Below, one piece after another: positions 45,160-54,214 of a stretch of 64,000 nucleotides of DNA. This DNA is from a virus (lineage: Duplodnaviria > Heunggongvirae > Uroviricota > Caudoviricetes). The translations under genes were made by a program, and so were the position numbers. Under the pieces are notes generated by a model. The model saw only the letters and a program-made list of their open reading frames with translations, made no database searches and had not been told where the DNA came from. How positions within the stretch are numbered: position 1 is the stretch's first letter; every line of letters begins with the position of its first letter. The stretch covers positions 202,576-266,575 of the IMG/VR virus record IMGVR_UViG_3300037789_000070; one strand, 5' to 3'.

Positions 45160-46365
45160 TTAATAGAAGGTCAAGTTGTTGGCGTTGATGCCGATCAAAC
45201 CAAGGTAATCGGCACTGTTACCAAGAGACGTAGCCGTGTTAGTGAACTCAACCCATGCGTAACGGGTCATGAAGCTAACTGATGGCTCGAAAGTCTCAGG
45301 GTCGTAAACAACAGGTGAACTGGTTAGAGCAACGTATGGGCAGTAGTACGCAGCAGCGTCAAGCTCTGTGCTACCCTTGAAGCCGACAAGAATTGAAGAA
45401 TTGTCGCCAGCATACGTGTCAACATAAACCTTAACCTGACCATTAAGGGTACCGACCAACTTGGTGTTGGTTGGGCCTTCAAGCTCACCTTCGGTCGTGC
45501 GAGCGAAGCTAGAAGCACGTGCAGACTGAAGAATGGTTAGGGCCGTTGGGCTAACAACGATCCAGTTACCCGTGCCACGACGAGTTCTGGTACCGATGTC
45601 ATTAGCTTCCTTGTTGATCATCACAGCAAGAGCAGCGAATTCATCAACAACAGAAGTTGCCTGACCAGAAACAGATGCCTGATCAAAGGTCTTATTAGCC
45701 GTTGGCTTAGGCGGAAGCGTTCTTAGCTTGTGAAGAATTTCTTGGTCAATATCAAGAACCATCTCCTGAGCAAGAGCGGTAAGAACTTCACTTTCAAGAT
45801 CAATACCGTGCATAGCCTGTGCATCCTGAACGGCTTCTGGGGTCCAGCGAGCAGATAGCTTACGAGACTTAGCTTCAACAAGCTGCTTCTCGATGCTGAT
45901 CTTAACTGGGTTACCCGCAACGCCTTCAAGAGCGGTGGTTCTTGCAGCAGCCGGATCACTGGCATTTTCATTACCAGAGTAGGCAGCAGCAATCTGAGCC
46001 ACGTGGGCCGGGGTGAACATTTCCTGTCCAGCAGTAGCACCACCAGCGGTAGATGCGTACTTAACCTTAAGGGTATGGATCTGACCCCAAGGACCAGTTA
46101 GTGGCTGAACACCAACAAGGTCGTGAGCAATGACGCCGGGTAGAACACGACGAATCATTGGTAGAATGACTCTGTTTAGAGCCGCGATGTTGCCGGTAGC
46201 AGTCGCACCAGCAGATGCGTTTTCGAAAAGGTTCTGAGAACTCTGAGAGATTTCACGAAGGGTATTCTCAAGAACAACTTCCATAGAAGTTGACTTGTTT
46301 TCAGGAAGACCTTCCTTAAGTACCTCTTTAACTCTCGTCCACTTCGAACCGAACACGTTGGACAT
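45160..46365 (-). CDS. gp23: major capsid protein (T4 gp23-like)
   Basis: LPMIRRV, DLVGVQPL, EAKSRKLSARWT, HGIDLE, AYYCPYV, SFMTRY. Confidence 0.97.
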   Translation of the reverse strand: MSNVFGSKWTRVKEVLKEGLPENKSTSMEVVLENTLREISQSSQNLFENASAGATATGNIAALNRVILPMIRRVLPGVIAHDLVGVQPLTGPWGQIHTLKVKYASTAGGATAGQEMFTPAHVAQIAAAYSGNENASDPAAARTTALEGVAGNPVKISIEKQLVEAKSRKLSARWTPEAVQDAQAMHGIDLESEVLTALAQEMVLDIDQEILHKLRTLPPKPTANKTFDQASVSGQATSVVDEFAALAVMINKEANDIGTRTRRGTGNWIVVSPTALTILQSARASSFARTTEGELEGPTNTKLVGTLNGQVKVYVDTYAGDNSSILVGFKGSTELDAAAYYCPYVALTSSPVVYDPETFEPSVSFMTRYAWVEFTNTATSLGNSADYLGLIGINANNLTFY

Positions 46366-46394
46366 ATTATTTTTCTCCTTTTAGTCCGACTCGC

Positions 46395-47468
46395 TTACTG
46401 GACACGAATGCCAGCGCGTTTCTGTAGTGACAACAGTGCTACATCACTATCGTCACCCTGTTTTACTTCCTTGGAATTTCCGTTTTTAAAGGTTAAAGGA
46501 GTGGTTGAACCTTCCTTAATGACCTTACGGGTTCCTCTAGAAGTATTGGCCTGTGAATTCTCACGGACAATCTTTTTGAAGGTTTCTCTCAATGAACCTG
46601 TTGGGGTAACATCAAGAATTTCCTTCACGTCTTTTCTAAGACGAACGTCAGAAACCTTTGATAGAAGACCTTCTACGATGGTCTTTCTTTCAGCGGATGC
46701 TTTCTGGCGTTTAATTCTTGTTTTACTTTCAAGAAGTTGTTTCTTCATCTTCTTGGTTTCGTCGATACGAGCAGTACGCTCCTTACGGAGTCTGCTCTTA
46801 GCCTCATTCAACTCGTTTCTAAGCTTCTTTGCTTCCGCATCTTCATTGAAGAACGTTTCACGCATTTCAAACATGAACGCTTCAAAGATTTTGCGACCGA
46901 AGTTATTTCTACGTGCAGCCTTAATATCCTCTTCAAGTTCCTTTACCTTGCCTCCGATTTTATCTTCGACAATACTTTCAAGGACTACTGCTGTACGCTT
47001 AATAAGAGCTTCACGATCAGCAGCATACTGTTCTCTGATAGTGCGAAGTTTCTTGGTGAAAGTCTCACGCTGTAAGACCTGATTCTCCTTGAATTCTTCC
47101 ATTTCAGCAGAAACATTATCTTCAACCATTGCTTCAAGAACTTTTACCTTCTTGATGAGTGAAGCACGTGCTTTCTGATCAGCTTCTGAGATTGCCTTAG
47201 CTGCCTTCTTGGTAAGCTTGGTGAGTCTTTCTTTAGACTCATTAAACTCATCCATTTCCTTAGTAACTACATCTTCAATCATAGCTTCACATGCAAGCAT
47301 TAGACGTCTATGATCTCTGTCGTACTTTTCAGCAAATTTCTTTTCAGCAGCTACCTTAGCAGCCTCAGATGCCTCTGAAATTTTCTTGTCAAAAGCTGAC
47401 TTAATTTCAGAGACATTCTCTTCGGAAAGAAGCTCTGTTTCAACGAGCTTTTTGAATAGCTCTTCCAT
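46395..47468 (-). CDS. gp22: prohead scaffolding protein (gp22-like)
   Basis: coiled-coil protein between protease and capsid; ARRNNFGRKIFEAF. Confidence 0.85.
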   Translation of the reverse strand: MEELFKKLVETELLSEENVSEIKSAFDKKISEASEAAKVAAEKKFAEKYDRDHRRLMLACEAMIEDVVTKEMDEFNESKERLTKLTKKAAKAISEADQKARASLIKKVKVLEAMVEDNVSAEMEEFKENQVLQRETFTKKLRTIREQYAADREALIKRTAVVLESIVEDKIGGKVKELEEDIKAARRNNFGRKIFEAFMFEMRETFFNEDAEAKKLRNELNEAKSRLRKERTARIDETKKMKKQLLESKTRIKRQKASAERKTIVEGLLSKVSDVRLRKDVKEILDVTPTGSLRETFKKIVRENSQANTSRGTRKVIKEGSTTPLTFKNGNSKEVKQGDDSDVALLSLQKRAGIRVQ

Positions 47469-47491
47469 ATTTTATAGCTCCTCTTTCACTA

Positions 47492-48139
47492 TTACTCTCC
47501 AAGACTTCCAACAAAACTCAAAAGAGATTTTTGGAAGTATTTTTGAGCTTTTGGATCATGACGAACAGCTTCCGTCAATTTAAGTGCTTCACGACCATTT
47601 CTGTCCATTAAAGCACTCTCCAAAATCGGTTTAGGGAAGGCGTTTGGCGCACTAGGGTTGGCAACAATATCAATTGTAACCATGTCGAAATCTGACACCC
47701 TACCATCTGAACCAACGCTTCCAGTTCCACGACTACTAACACCAAGTTTGACGCCGTGTTTAATAATACCTGCGATGATTTGACCAAGACCAACATCATG
47801 AATGACTTCAAATTCGGCCATTCCATTTGTTCCACTTTCGTCAAGCCACATCTTCTTGATGATGTGACTCACACGATCTAGATTGATGTTTAGACCATCT
47901 GGGTGATCACACTCACCTAGTATTGGCCCGTCCTGTTCAATTTTAGCGTTAATCTCATTAACGGCTTTTCTAATTTCGCCCGAAGGATAAATTCTGCCGT
48001 TATGATTTTTAACATCGCCCTGAATTGCCAAACCCTTTAGAGTAATTTTTCCAGTGCTTCCTTCTGCTTCATTAACAAGCTGAACAGGATTAGACTTTGG
48101 AGAAATTGTTTCTATGAGAAGTTCTCTTCCAGTTGACAT
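47492..48139 (-). CDS. gp21: prohead protease (gp21-like)
   Basis: NHNGRIYP, GECDHP, DRVSH, LGVSSRG, DIVANPSAPNA. Confidence 0.95.
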   Translation of the reverse strand: MSTGRELLIETISPKSNPVQLVNEAEGSTGKITLKGLAIQGDVKNHNGRIYPSGEIRKAVNEINAKIEQDGPILGECDHPDGLNINLDRVSHIIKKMWLDESGTNGMAEFEVIHDVGLGQIIAGIIKHGVKLGVSSRGTGSVGSDGRVSDFDMVTIDIVANPSAPNAFPKPILESALMDRNGREALKLTEAVRHDPKAQKYFQKSLLSFVGSLGE

Positions 48140-48142
48140 GGT

Positions 48143-48901
48143 TTATAGTTCTTCCTCATCGTCCATGTCGAAGCTGTCTAGGTCTTCATCGCCTTCTTCT
48201 TCGTCAGACTCATCGTCCATGTCGAAGCTGTCTAGGTCTTCATCGCCTTCTTCTTCGTCAGACTCTTCGTCAGACTCTTCGTCAGACTCTTCGTCAGAAT
48301 CTTCCTCATCGTCCATGTCGAAGCTGTCTAGGTCTTCATCGCCTTCTTCTTCGTCAGACTCATCGTCCATGTCGAAGCTGTCTAGGTCTTCATCGCCTTC
48401 TTCTTCGTCAGCTTCAAGTTCAAATTCGCCAGCACTGATAGCCGCTTCAATACTCTTGAAGTCTTCGTCAGTTAAAGGTTGAGCATTGTTTTCTCCGTCT
48501 TCGTCGTCTTCGAACATACTATCATCTGCTAATTCTTCATCTTCGTCGTCAAAACTAGAAGAATATGATGGGTCTCCAAGATCGGTCTCTGCTTCGATTT
48601 CATCATCTATGCCTTCGATATCGACATCATCAATATCATCAGAACCAAACATATCCCTTTCATCGTCATCAAGGAACTGTTCCATTTCAAAGATGTCGTC
48701 AATTTCACTTAATTTTTCTTGGGACTTACGAACAACAATTTGGTGAATAAGATCTGCACCTAAATCATTTTCTCTGAGCTTCTTACGTGAAGACTCGGTC
48801 AACTGGCCATTTTCATCCAGTTCTGCTGTCTTTGCTTCTTGAGCAATAACTTTCATCAACTGCTCAAAAAGATCACTAGTGTTACTTTTATTTTTGGCCA
48901 T
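48143..48901 (-). CDS. highly acidic prohead core-like protein (start revised to MAKNKS)
   Basis: between portal and protease; D/E-rich repetitive C-terminus; GGAG SD. Confidence 0.7.
   Translation of the reverse strand: MAKNKSNTSDLFEQLMKVIAQEAKTAELDENGQLTESSRKKLRENDLGADLIHQIVVRKSQEKLSEIDDIFEMEQFLDDDERDMFGSDDIDDVDIEGIDDEIEAETDLGDPSYSSSFDDEDEELADDSMFEDDEDGENNAQPLTDEDFKSIEAAISAGEFELEADEEEGDEDLDSFDMDDESDEEEGDEDLDSFDMDDEEDSDEESDEESDEESDEEEGDEDLDSFDMDDESDEEEGDEDLDSFDMDDEEEL
48150..48411 (-). repeat. nested coding repeats: 54-bp unit x4 and 12-bp unit x4 inside a 150-bp-period duplication
   Basis: CATCGTCCATGTCGAAGCTGTCTAGG at 48157, 48211, 48307 and 48361; TCTTCGTCAGAC array. Confidence 0.9.
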
Positions 48902-49033
48902 TTGGCTCTCCAATTTTCATATGACGTTTAACAACGTCAAGTATAGTTTTCTTAAAGTGCAACCTATATGCACATTAATATCTACACTCTTATTAGAAAA
49001 ATGGGTCCAAAAAGCCCTAAAAATTCAATTTTT

Positions 49034-51034
49034 TTAAAAACCGGGTCCTGAATCGGCTGGTTCAGAATAGATTTTACTTACATTAGAAAGACGTTTTAAT
49101 AGTTCTCTTCTTGATTTTTCTTTTTCTATTCTAAGCTTTCTCAAATGTTTAAGTGAAAGAATTCCATCGCCTTTAATGTTATTACCAAATAATTTATCAG
49201 CCGGAACTCCGATAATTTCACTTTCATTATCACCTAATTCTTCTACTGGTTCGATTTCTTCCATTACAATATCTTTTTTAGTTTTACGAATATATGATTC
49301 TGTTCCAGCCGGAGTAGTTGGGGCAGCAGCAGCACCAGCACCAGCACCAGCACCAGCATTAAAATCTCCGCCTCCATCAAGACCATCAAACCCTTCTTCC
49401 CCACCAAAGTCATCCATCGGAACGAGAGGATCTGCACCAGCAGCAAAATTATTAAAGGTGCCAGAACCAACACCCATACCACCCATACCAGCATCTTGGG
49501 CTAGTCTAGCAGCATTATCGGGCTGACGTTCCTCAAGAAGTAAGCGTTCGTTTTCTAAGATTTCATCTGGAGTAAACCGACCATATTTTGCCATAGCAAA
49601 TCGTATGGACATGAAGGAGAAGCCAGTTGCCTGACCAAGCCTTCCTAGTCGCTCTTCATCCAATGCACCTTCTCTATATTCTTCAAAGTTCATTGGAGGG
49701 AGGAATTTTAATTCATAATCGGCAGAATGAATCTGCATACCTCTAGCTTTGAGATATAATTTAAATTCTCTATCGAGTTGGTTATCCAATAGTTCCTGTA
49801 TTCGCATACAAAAACGAGCAAACTGGATTTCCTGAATAAAGGCAGTGCCTACTCTACCATCATTATATGATGCACCGCCTTCTTCTGGACCAAGCAAGAA
49901 ACTAGAAGGAACTCGAAGACCTCTCATTACCTTACTAGTAAAATACTTCAGATCATCCAGACCATTCCACTGCTGTCCTTCTAAGTTATCTACCTTAGAG
50001 CCTCTGCCATCAGCAGTCTGTGGCAAATAAATATCTTCCATTGTGGACAATGGATTATAAGCGCTATCTATACCAACCTTGCCACCAAAGTTTTCAGGTA
50101 TACTCTTATGTAATAACTTGTTTTTTAACTTTTCTACAACGGCATTTGCTTTATCGGGACGTGCTTTACCAACATCAATATACCAAACTCTACGGCTTGG
50201 TGCTCTTTGTATTCTGTGAATGATTGCGGCCTGTTCGAGAAGTTCTCTGTTTTTGAAATCCTTATAGATTTGTTCTAGAAAACTTTCACCAAATGGCCAA
50301 AGATCGTCATGTTCACCATCGCCACCAATTTCTCTACCTTCTGCCAACGATAAATGAAGAACATATTCTGCTGGCACAATGGCAGATTTCGTTACCTCAT
50401 TATTTCCTCCACCAGCAGATGCATTATACACGGCCTTATGAACTGAACCAGCATCAGAAGATGTATTTGTAGCACCAGCCGGTACATCAAAAATCATATA
50501 ATCAAAAAAGAAATTAAGGTCTTTAAACAAATAACCTTCAATTTCTTGCGTTTCTTGGTTGACATAAACGCCAACTACTTTCTTAGCATTAACTGCCTTG
50601 AGTTCAAAACTTTCGGGGTCTCTTAAGAAAAAAGCATCACCATATTTGATAACATTTCTAACTGTTCGAAAAATTCTGTTGTCCCAATCGTTCAATCTAC
50701 ACCACATCTTCTTAAAATCATTCAAGATATCAGTGTCATCGACCGTCAGTTCATTTTCATCTAAATCAAATTTAAAGGGGTCGCCGCTGTCAACATCCCT
50801 GTTTGTGCAGTGTTCAGCTATCATGTCTAATGCACGGGAAATATCGGTGTCTGCATCCATAGCATCATACGCATCATATCTGCGCATTCTGTCGTCTTTA
50901 CCTTTAAAGAATACATCATTAAAAGTATTGATACTTGAAATTTCTGGGTCAGAAACAGGTGATAAACCGTTTACTTGGCGGTTTATCTTATTAATCCGAT
51001 TTTTCCCCGCAGGGTTTATAATTATCTTTGCCAT
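49034..51034 (-). CDS. gp20: portal protein (gp20-like)
   Basis: YDAMDADTDISRALD, IIHRIQRAPSRRVWYIDVG, EDIYLP, GLRVPSS, EIQFARFC. Confidence 0.96.
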   Translation of the reverse strand: MAKIIINPAGKNRINKINRQVNGLSPVSDPEISSINTFNDVFFKGKDDRMRRYDAYDAMDADTDISRALDMIAEHCTNRDVDSGDPFKFDLDENELTVDDTDILNDFKKMWCRLNDWDNRIFRTVRNVIKYGDAFFLRDPESFELKAVNAKKVVGVYVNQETQEIEGYLFKDLNFFFDYMIFDVPAGATNTSSDAGSVHKAVYNASAGGGNNEVTKSAIVPAEYVLHLSLAEGREIGGDGEHDDLWPFGESFLEQIYKDFKNRELLEQAAIIHRIQRAPSRRVWYIDVGKARPDKANAVVEKLKNKLLHKSIPENFGGKVGIDSAYNPLSTMEDIYLPQTADGRGSKVDNLEGQQWNGLDDLKYFTSKVMRGLRVPSSFLLGPEEGGASYNDGRVGTAFIQEIQFARFCMRIQELLDNQLDREFKLYLKARGMQIHSADYELKFLPPMNFEEYREGALDEERLGRLGQATGFSFMSIRFAMAKYGRFTPDEILENERLLLEERQPDNAARLAQDAGMGGMGVGSGTFNNFAAGADPLVPMDDFGGEEGFDGLDGGGDFNAGAGAGAGAAAAPTTPAGTESYIRKTKKDIVMEEIEPVEELGDNESEIIGVPADKLFGNNIKGDGILSLKHLRKLRIEKEKSRRELLKRLSNVSKIYSEPADSGPGF

Positions 51035-51039
51035 TACTT

Positions 51040-51047
51040 TATTTATA
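51040..51047 (-). promoter_or_regulatory. late promoter TATAAATA for the portal gene
   Basis: exact T4 late consensus 5 nt upstream of the ATG. Confidence 0.7.
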
Positions 51048-51073
51048 TTAGATCATTTTTAGAAAAAATGACA

Positions 51074-53458
51074 TTATTCATCGCCCGTTGCGGTATTGAA
51101 GAGTAACGGGTTTTTAGTAGTTTTTGAGTTAATAGCACGGAGAAGCTGAACAATTTGTGTTAATGAGCCAGTTCCATTCTTATGTTCGTCTAACATAGAC
51201 TCTAATAATTCATCGTTATTATTAGGAGTTACCGTGGTATTATTAGACTCAATAATAGAAGCCTGTTTCTTAATAACGTCATCAATATTCAATTTGCCAC
51301 GTGATCTAATATCCAAATTGGCTGGATTGCCCATTGCCCGTGTCATGGAATCATTAACAAAGGAACCTACCTCTTCCCCTATATCACTGATAAAGTCCCA
51401 ACCACCATCTATTACTGATTTAAACGAGTTAACTATATCATCCCATATACCGGTCACACTGTCCCATATCCAATCTGCTAAATTGGTTATTTTTTCCTGT
51501 GCCCAATTTTTCATTCCCCTTAAAGAACCAGCAATACTAAAGTTATCCCACCAATCTAGAACATTATCGAAAAAATCTGTTAGCATATTCACCATAGTGT
51601 CTTTGACACCGGGAAAGAAAAAATCTGCTACTTGTGTCGCAAAATATCCTACTGCAAAAATGATAGCACCAGTGACCCATCCCGGTGCTGTCAGTAAGGC
51701 AGCTACACCGCCAACCGCTATACCAATGATCGAAGCAAGACTATCTTCTAAGAAGGCACCAATTCTAGCCCCCGCTGCGGTCTTGGTCTTTTTAGTCCAT
51801 GAGGTTATTTCTTCACTTGAAAAGGAAAAGGCATCCATAAAGGACATAATTACATCGATTGCCACAGCACCAAGTGCAGTCCCTATAATCCCCATCTTGG
51901 CAAATTTTCCCATCCGCTTTCCGGCAGAAAGAATCCCAGCACCTTCTGCAGCTTTATTACCTATGAGACCGGTAACCATTGCCTTAGTTAAGCCGATGGT
52001 AGCAGCGGTATTAGCGGTTAAAGCCGCAATAGTTCCGAATATACCTTTTATCAAGAAACCCATTCCGGTAACTGCAAAGATAGTTGATAATGACGTTAGT
52101 AAGGGATTAAGATCGTTTTCAAACCATTCAACAATACTGTTGAAATACCCGTCTAATACATTTCTGAATGAGTTGTTATTTTCATAATCTCGCTTGGCAA
52201 ATTTAGATATGGCATCCTCTAATTCGACACCGGGAGTTAATGAACCACCCAATACTTTATAGACAGCAGGGTCTAACCGACCAACATTATCCCTCATTTC
52301 TCCTAATGTTTCTATCAATAAAGCATTAGCTTCCTGCATAGACATCGATGGATCATTACGGAATCTCATCACCAATTGATCGATGAATGGAGATAGAATT
52401 CTCTCTAAATCATTATTTGCGTCTTTTGCAGAAGTATTATAAAGGATCGCCCTTGTAATCATGTCTTGAATATATTGTGGAAGTTGGTCATTGGCCAAAG
52501 CAAATTCTGTGAAGAACCTCTTTTGAACTTCATCTAACCGGCCAGACATTGCAGCCTGCTGTAACGACATGATGTCTTCTTTATTGGCTTCCATTAATTG
52601 ATCAGCCGTTATTCCGGTATTTCTTCTAATAGCATCCAACACCTTCATGCGTCTCAAGCCTTCGGCTCTAAGAATCATTTCATTACGGGTTACATCAATA
52701 CCGCCCCTAGCTAACTCGTCCGCCATTCTTAAAAGAATTTCGTTTTGTTCTTTGAAATTAAAAGCTCTGTCAATATTAGAAGGGTCTAGATATTCCCGCT
52801 GCCTATCAAGGAATCTACCAAAGTCGTCCATTCTCATGCCAAATCTAGAAAAGGCACTTCCGCCATTCTCTAAATTCTTCCTGACCGCTTCCATAGTATT
52901 TTCATAAGACGAAATCGTGTCACTACTGAATATCGATTGATAGTTCCGTAATGTCGCATCAAAATATTCTGTAGCTGAACCTAAACCTTGTCTTAATGCG
53001 CCAGTACTATCTTTTAATGCAGATATAAATGAATCTAGTGCGGCTCGACCAGAAATAATACTAGCCGTATAATCCATCATATTTGTCAAATGGTATGAAT
53101 AAAATTCACTATATTGAACTTCTATAAGTTCTTTTTGTCGTTTCAAGAGACCTTGAATGTCACCTAAAACTCCGCCAATGTCTTGAGCACCACGGATATA
53201 ACTTTCAGTCCTCTTTGTTTCACTAAAGTCACCGGCACCCATACCACCAGCGCCACCTTCCGCTGCTGCGGCTGACGAACTCATAGTTGTTCTAATATGA
53301 GTTGCTAGAGAGTTAATTGCTTGTGTTAGTTCTTTAGTGTGATCTTCTGCAAAATTATTTGCCCCACCGGAATCATTTCCGTTTCCACTAAAGCTTTTTG
53401 AAACATGCTTTAAATGGCGTTCTATATCTTGTAGAAGTTCATTATCCGTCTTTGGCAT
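51074..53458 (-). CDS. probable tape measure / baseplate hub protein (794 aa)
   Basis: long helical protein with Gly/Ala-rich hydrophobic segments and W-spaced repeats; late promoter. Confidence 0.55.
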   Translation of the reverse strand: MPKTDNELLQDIERHLKHVSKSFSGNGNDSGGANNFAEDHTKELTQAINSLATHIRTTMSSSAAAAEGGAGGMGAGDFSETKRTESYIRGAQDIGGVLGDIQGLLKRQKELIEVQYSEFYSYHLTNMMDYTASIISGRAALDSFISALKDSTGALRQGLGSATEYFDATLRNYQSIFSSDTISSYENTMEAVRKNLENGGSAFSRFGMRMDDFGRFLDRQREYLDPSNIDRAFNFKEQNEILLRMADELARGGIDVTRNEMILRAEGLRRMKVLDAIRRNTGITADQLMEANKEDIMSLQQAAMSGRLDEVQKRFFTEFALANDQLPQYIQDMITRAILYNTSAKDANNDLERILSPFIDQLVMRFRNDPSMSMQEANALLIETLGEMRDNVGRLDPAVYKVLGGSLTPGVELEDAISKFAKRDYENNNSFRNVLDGYFNSIVEWFENDLNPLLTSLSTIFAVTGMGFLIKGIFGTIAALTANTAATIGLTKAMVTGLIGNKAAEGAGILSAGKRMGKFAKMGIIGTALGAVAIDVIMSFMDAFSFSSEEITSWTKKTKTAAGARIGAFLEDSLASIIGIAVGGVAALLTAPGWVTGAIIFAVGYFATQVADFFFPGVKDTMVNMLTDFFDNVLDWWDNFSIAGSLRGMKNWAQEKITNLADWIWDSVTGIWDDIVNSFKSVIDGGWDFISDIGEEVGSFVNDSMTRAMGNPANLDIRSRGKLNIDDVIKKQASIIESNNTTVTPNNNDELLESMLDEHKNGTGSLTQIVQLLRAINSKTTKNPLLFNTATGDE

Positions 53459-53463
53459 ATTTC

Positions 53464-53488
53464 TATTTATTCAGAATCTGACTAAATA
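53464..53488. promoter_or_regulatory. near-palindromic back-to-back late promoters
   Basis: TATTTATTCAG-AAT-CTGACTAAATA with TAAATA on both strands. Confidence 0.75.
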
Positions 53489-53512
53489 ATTAAGTTAGCA
53501 ACGGAGACTAAT

Positions 53513-54214
53513 TTGTTCAATTTTAAAGAATTTTTAACAGAAACTGAAAGTGTAGACCTGTCTTGGTTTGGTGATAGCAAAGTCGTAGATAGAAATGGCC
53601 TTCCACTAAAGGTATTTCACGGAACAGGTTCTCTAAAAAACTTAGATGAGTTTAAGCAAGAATTCACCGGACAGGGAAATGACCAACTTGGAGGCGGTTT
53701 TTATTTCACAGACAGATTAGATACCGCTTTTGGCTACACTAATTCTATATCCAGACATTCAGCGCCAGAATTAGGAAAAATAGGTGGGAATGACAGTCCC
53801 GGAGTAATAACAGCATATCTTAAAATAGAAAACCCGTTTTTTCTATATGGAGAGAATATACAAGATATACAAGAAAAAGATTTTCTAACATTTAAAGAGG
53901 CTATAGCCATCATAGAACAATCAAAAATTTTATACGATATCGATGAGACCCCAATAGGCAATTGGATCGACATTTGGTCAGAGGGTGAAATTACTAAAGA
54001 CATGGTATATGAGGTTGCCCAATATTATACTGGTTCCTCAATCATCAGTTTAGAAAACGACTTCTTTTCATATAAGGGAGGTAGTGAAGATTTTAGAAAA
54101 GCTGTCTATCAAGCTACCGGAAAAGATGGGATTATACAACATTATGATCAAGAAACCCATTTTGTAGCTTGGTTCCCTCATCAGATAAGAATTATCGAAC
54201 GAACACCCAATTAA
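53513..54214 (+). CDS. ADP-ribosyltransferase-like protein (ART-PolyVal-type) with capsid-targeting-like N-terminus
   Basis: VFHGT...GGGFYFT...AFGY...AYLKIENP...GKDGII...FVAWFPHQI; MFNFKEFLTE; TTG start after GGAG. Confidence 0.75.
   Translation: MFNFKEFLTETESVDLSWFGDSKVVDRNGLPLKVFHGTGSLKNLDEFKQEFTGQGNDQLGGGFYFTDRLDTAFGYTNSISRHSAPELGKIGGNDSPGVITAYLKIENPFFLYGENIQDIQEKDFLTFKEAIAIIEQSKILYDIDETPIGNWIDIWSEGEITKDMVYEVAQYYTGSSIISLENDFFSYKGGSEDFRKAVYQATGKDGIIQHYDQETHFVAWFPHQIRIIERTPN

Noticed and set aside
46408-47082. 224-aa + strand ORF, and similar long antisense ORFs (51234..52187, 10899..11387, 19597..20097)
   Set aside because: They lie fully opposite well-supported genes and have no SD or recognisable motifs.
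48114-48750. + strand Ser-rich and RPCRSC-repeat ORFs
   Set aside because: They are shadows of the acidic repeat gene in other frames or on the opposite strand.
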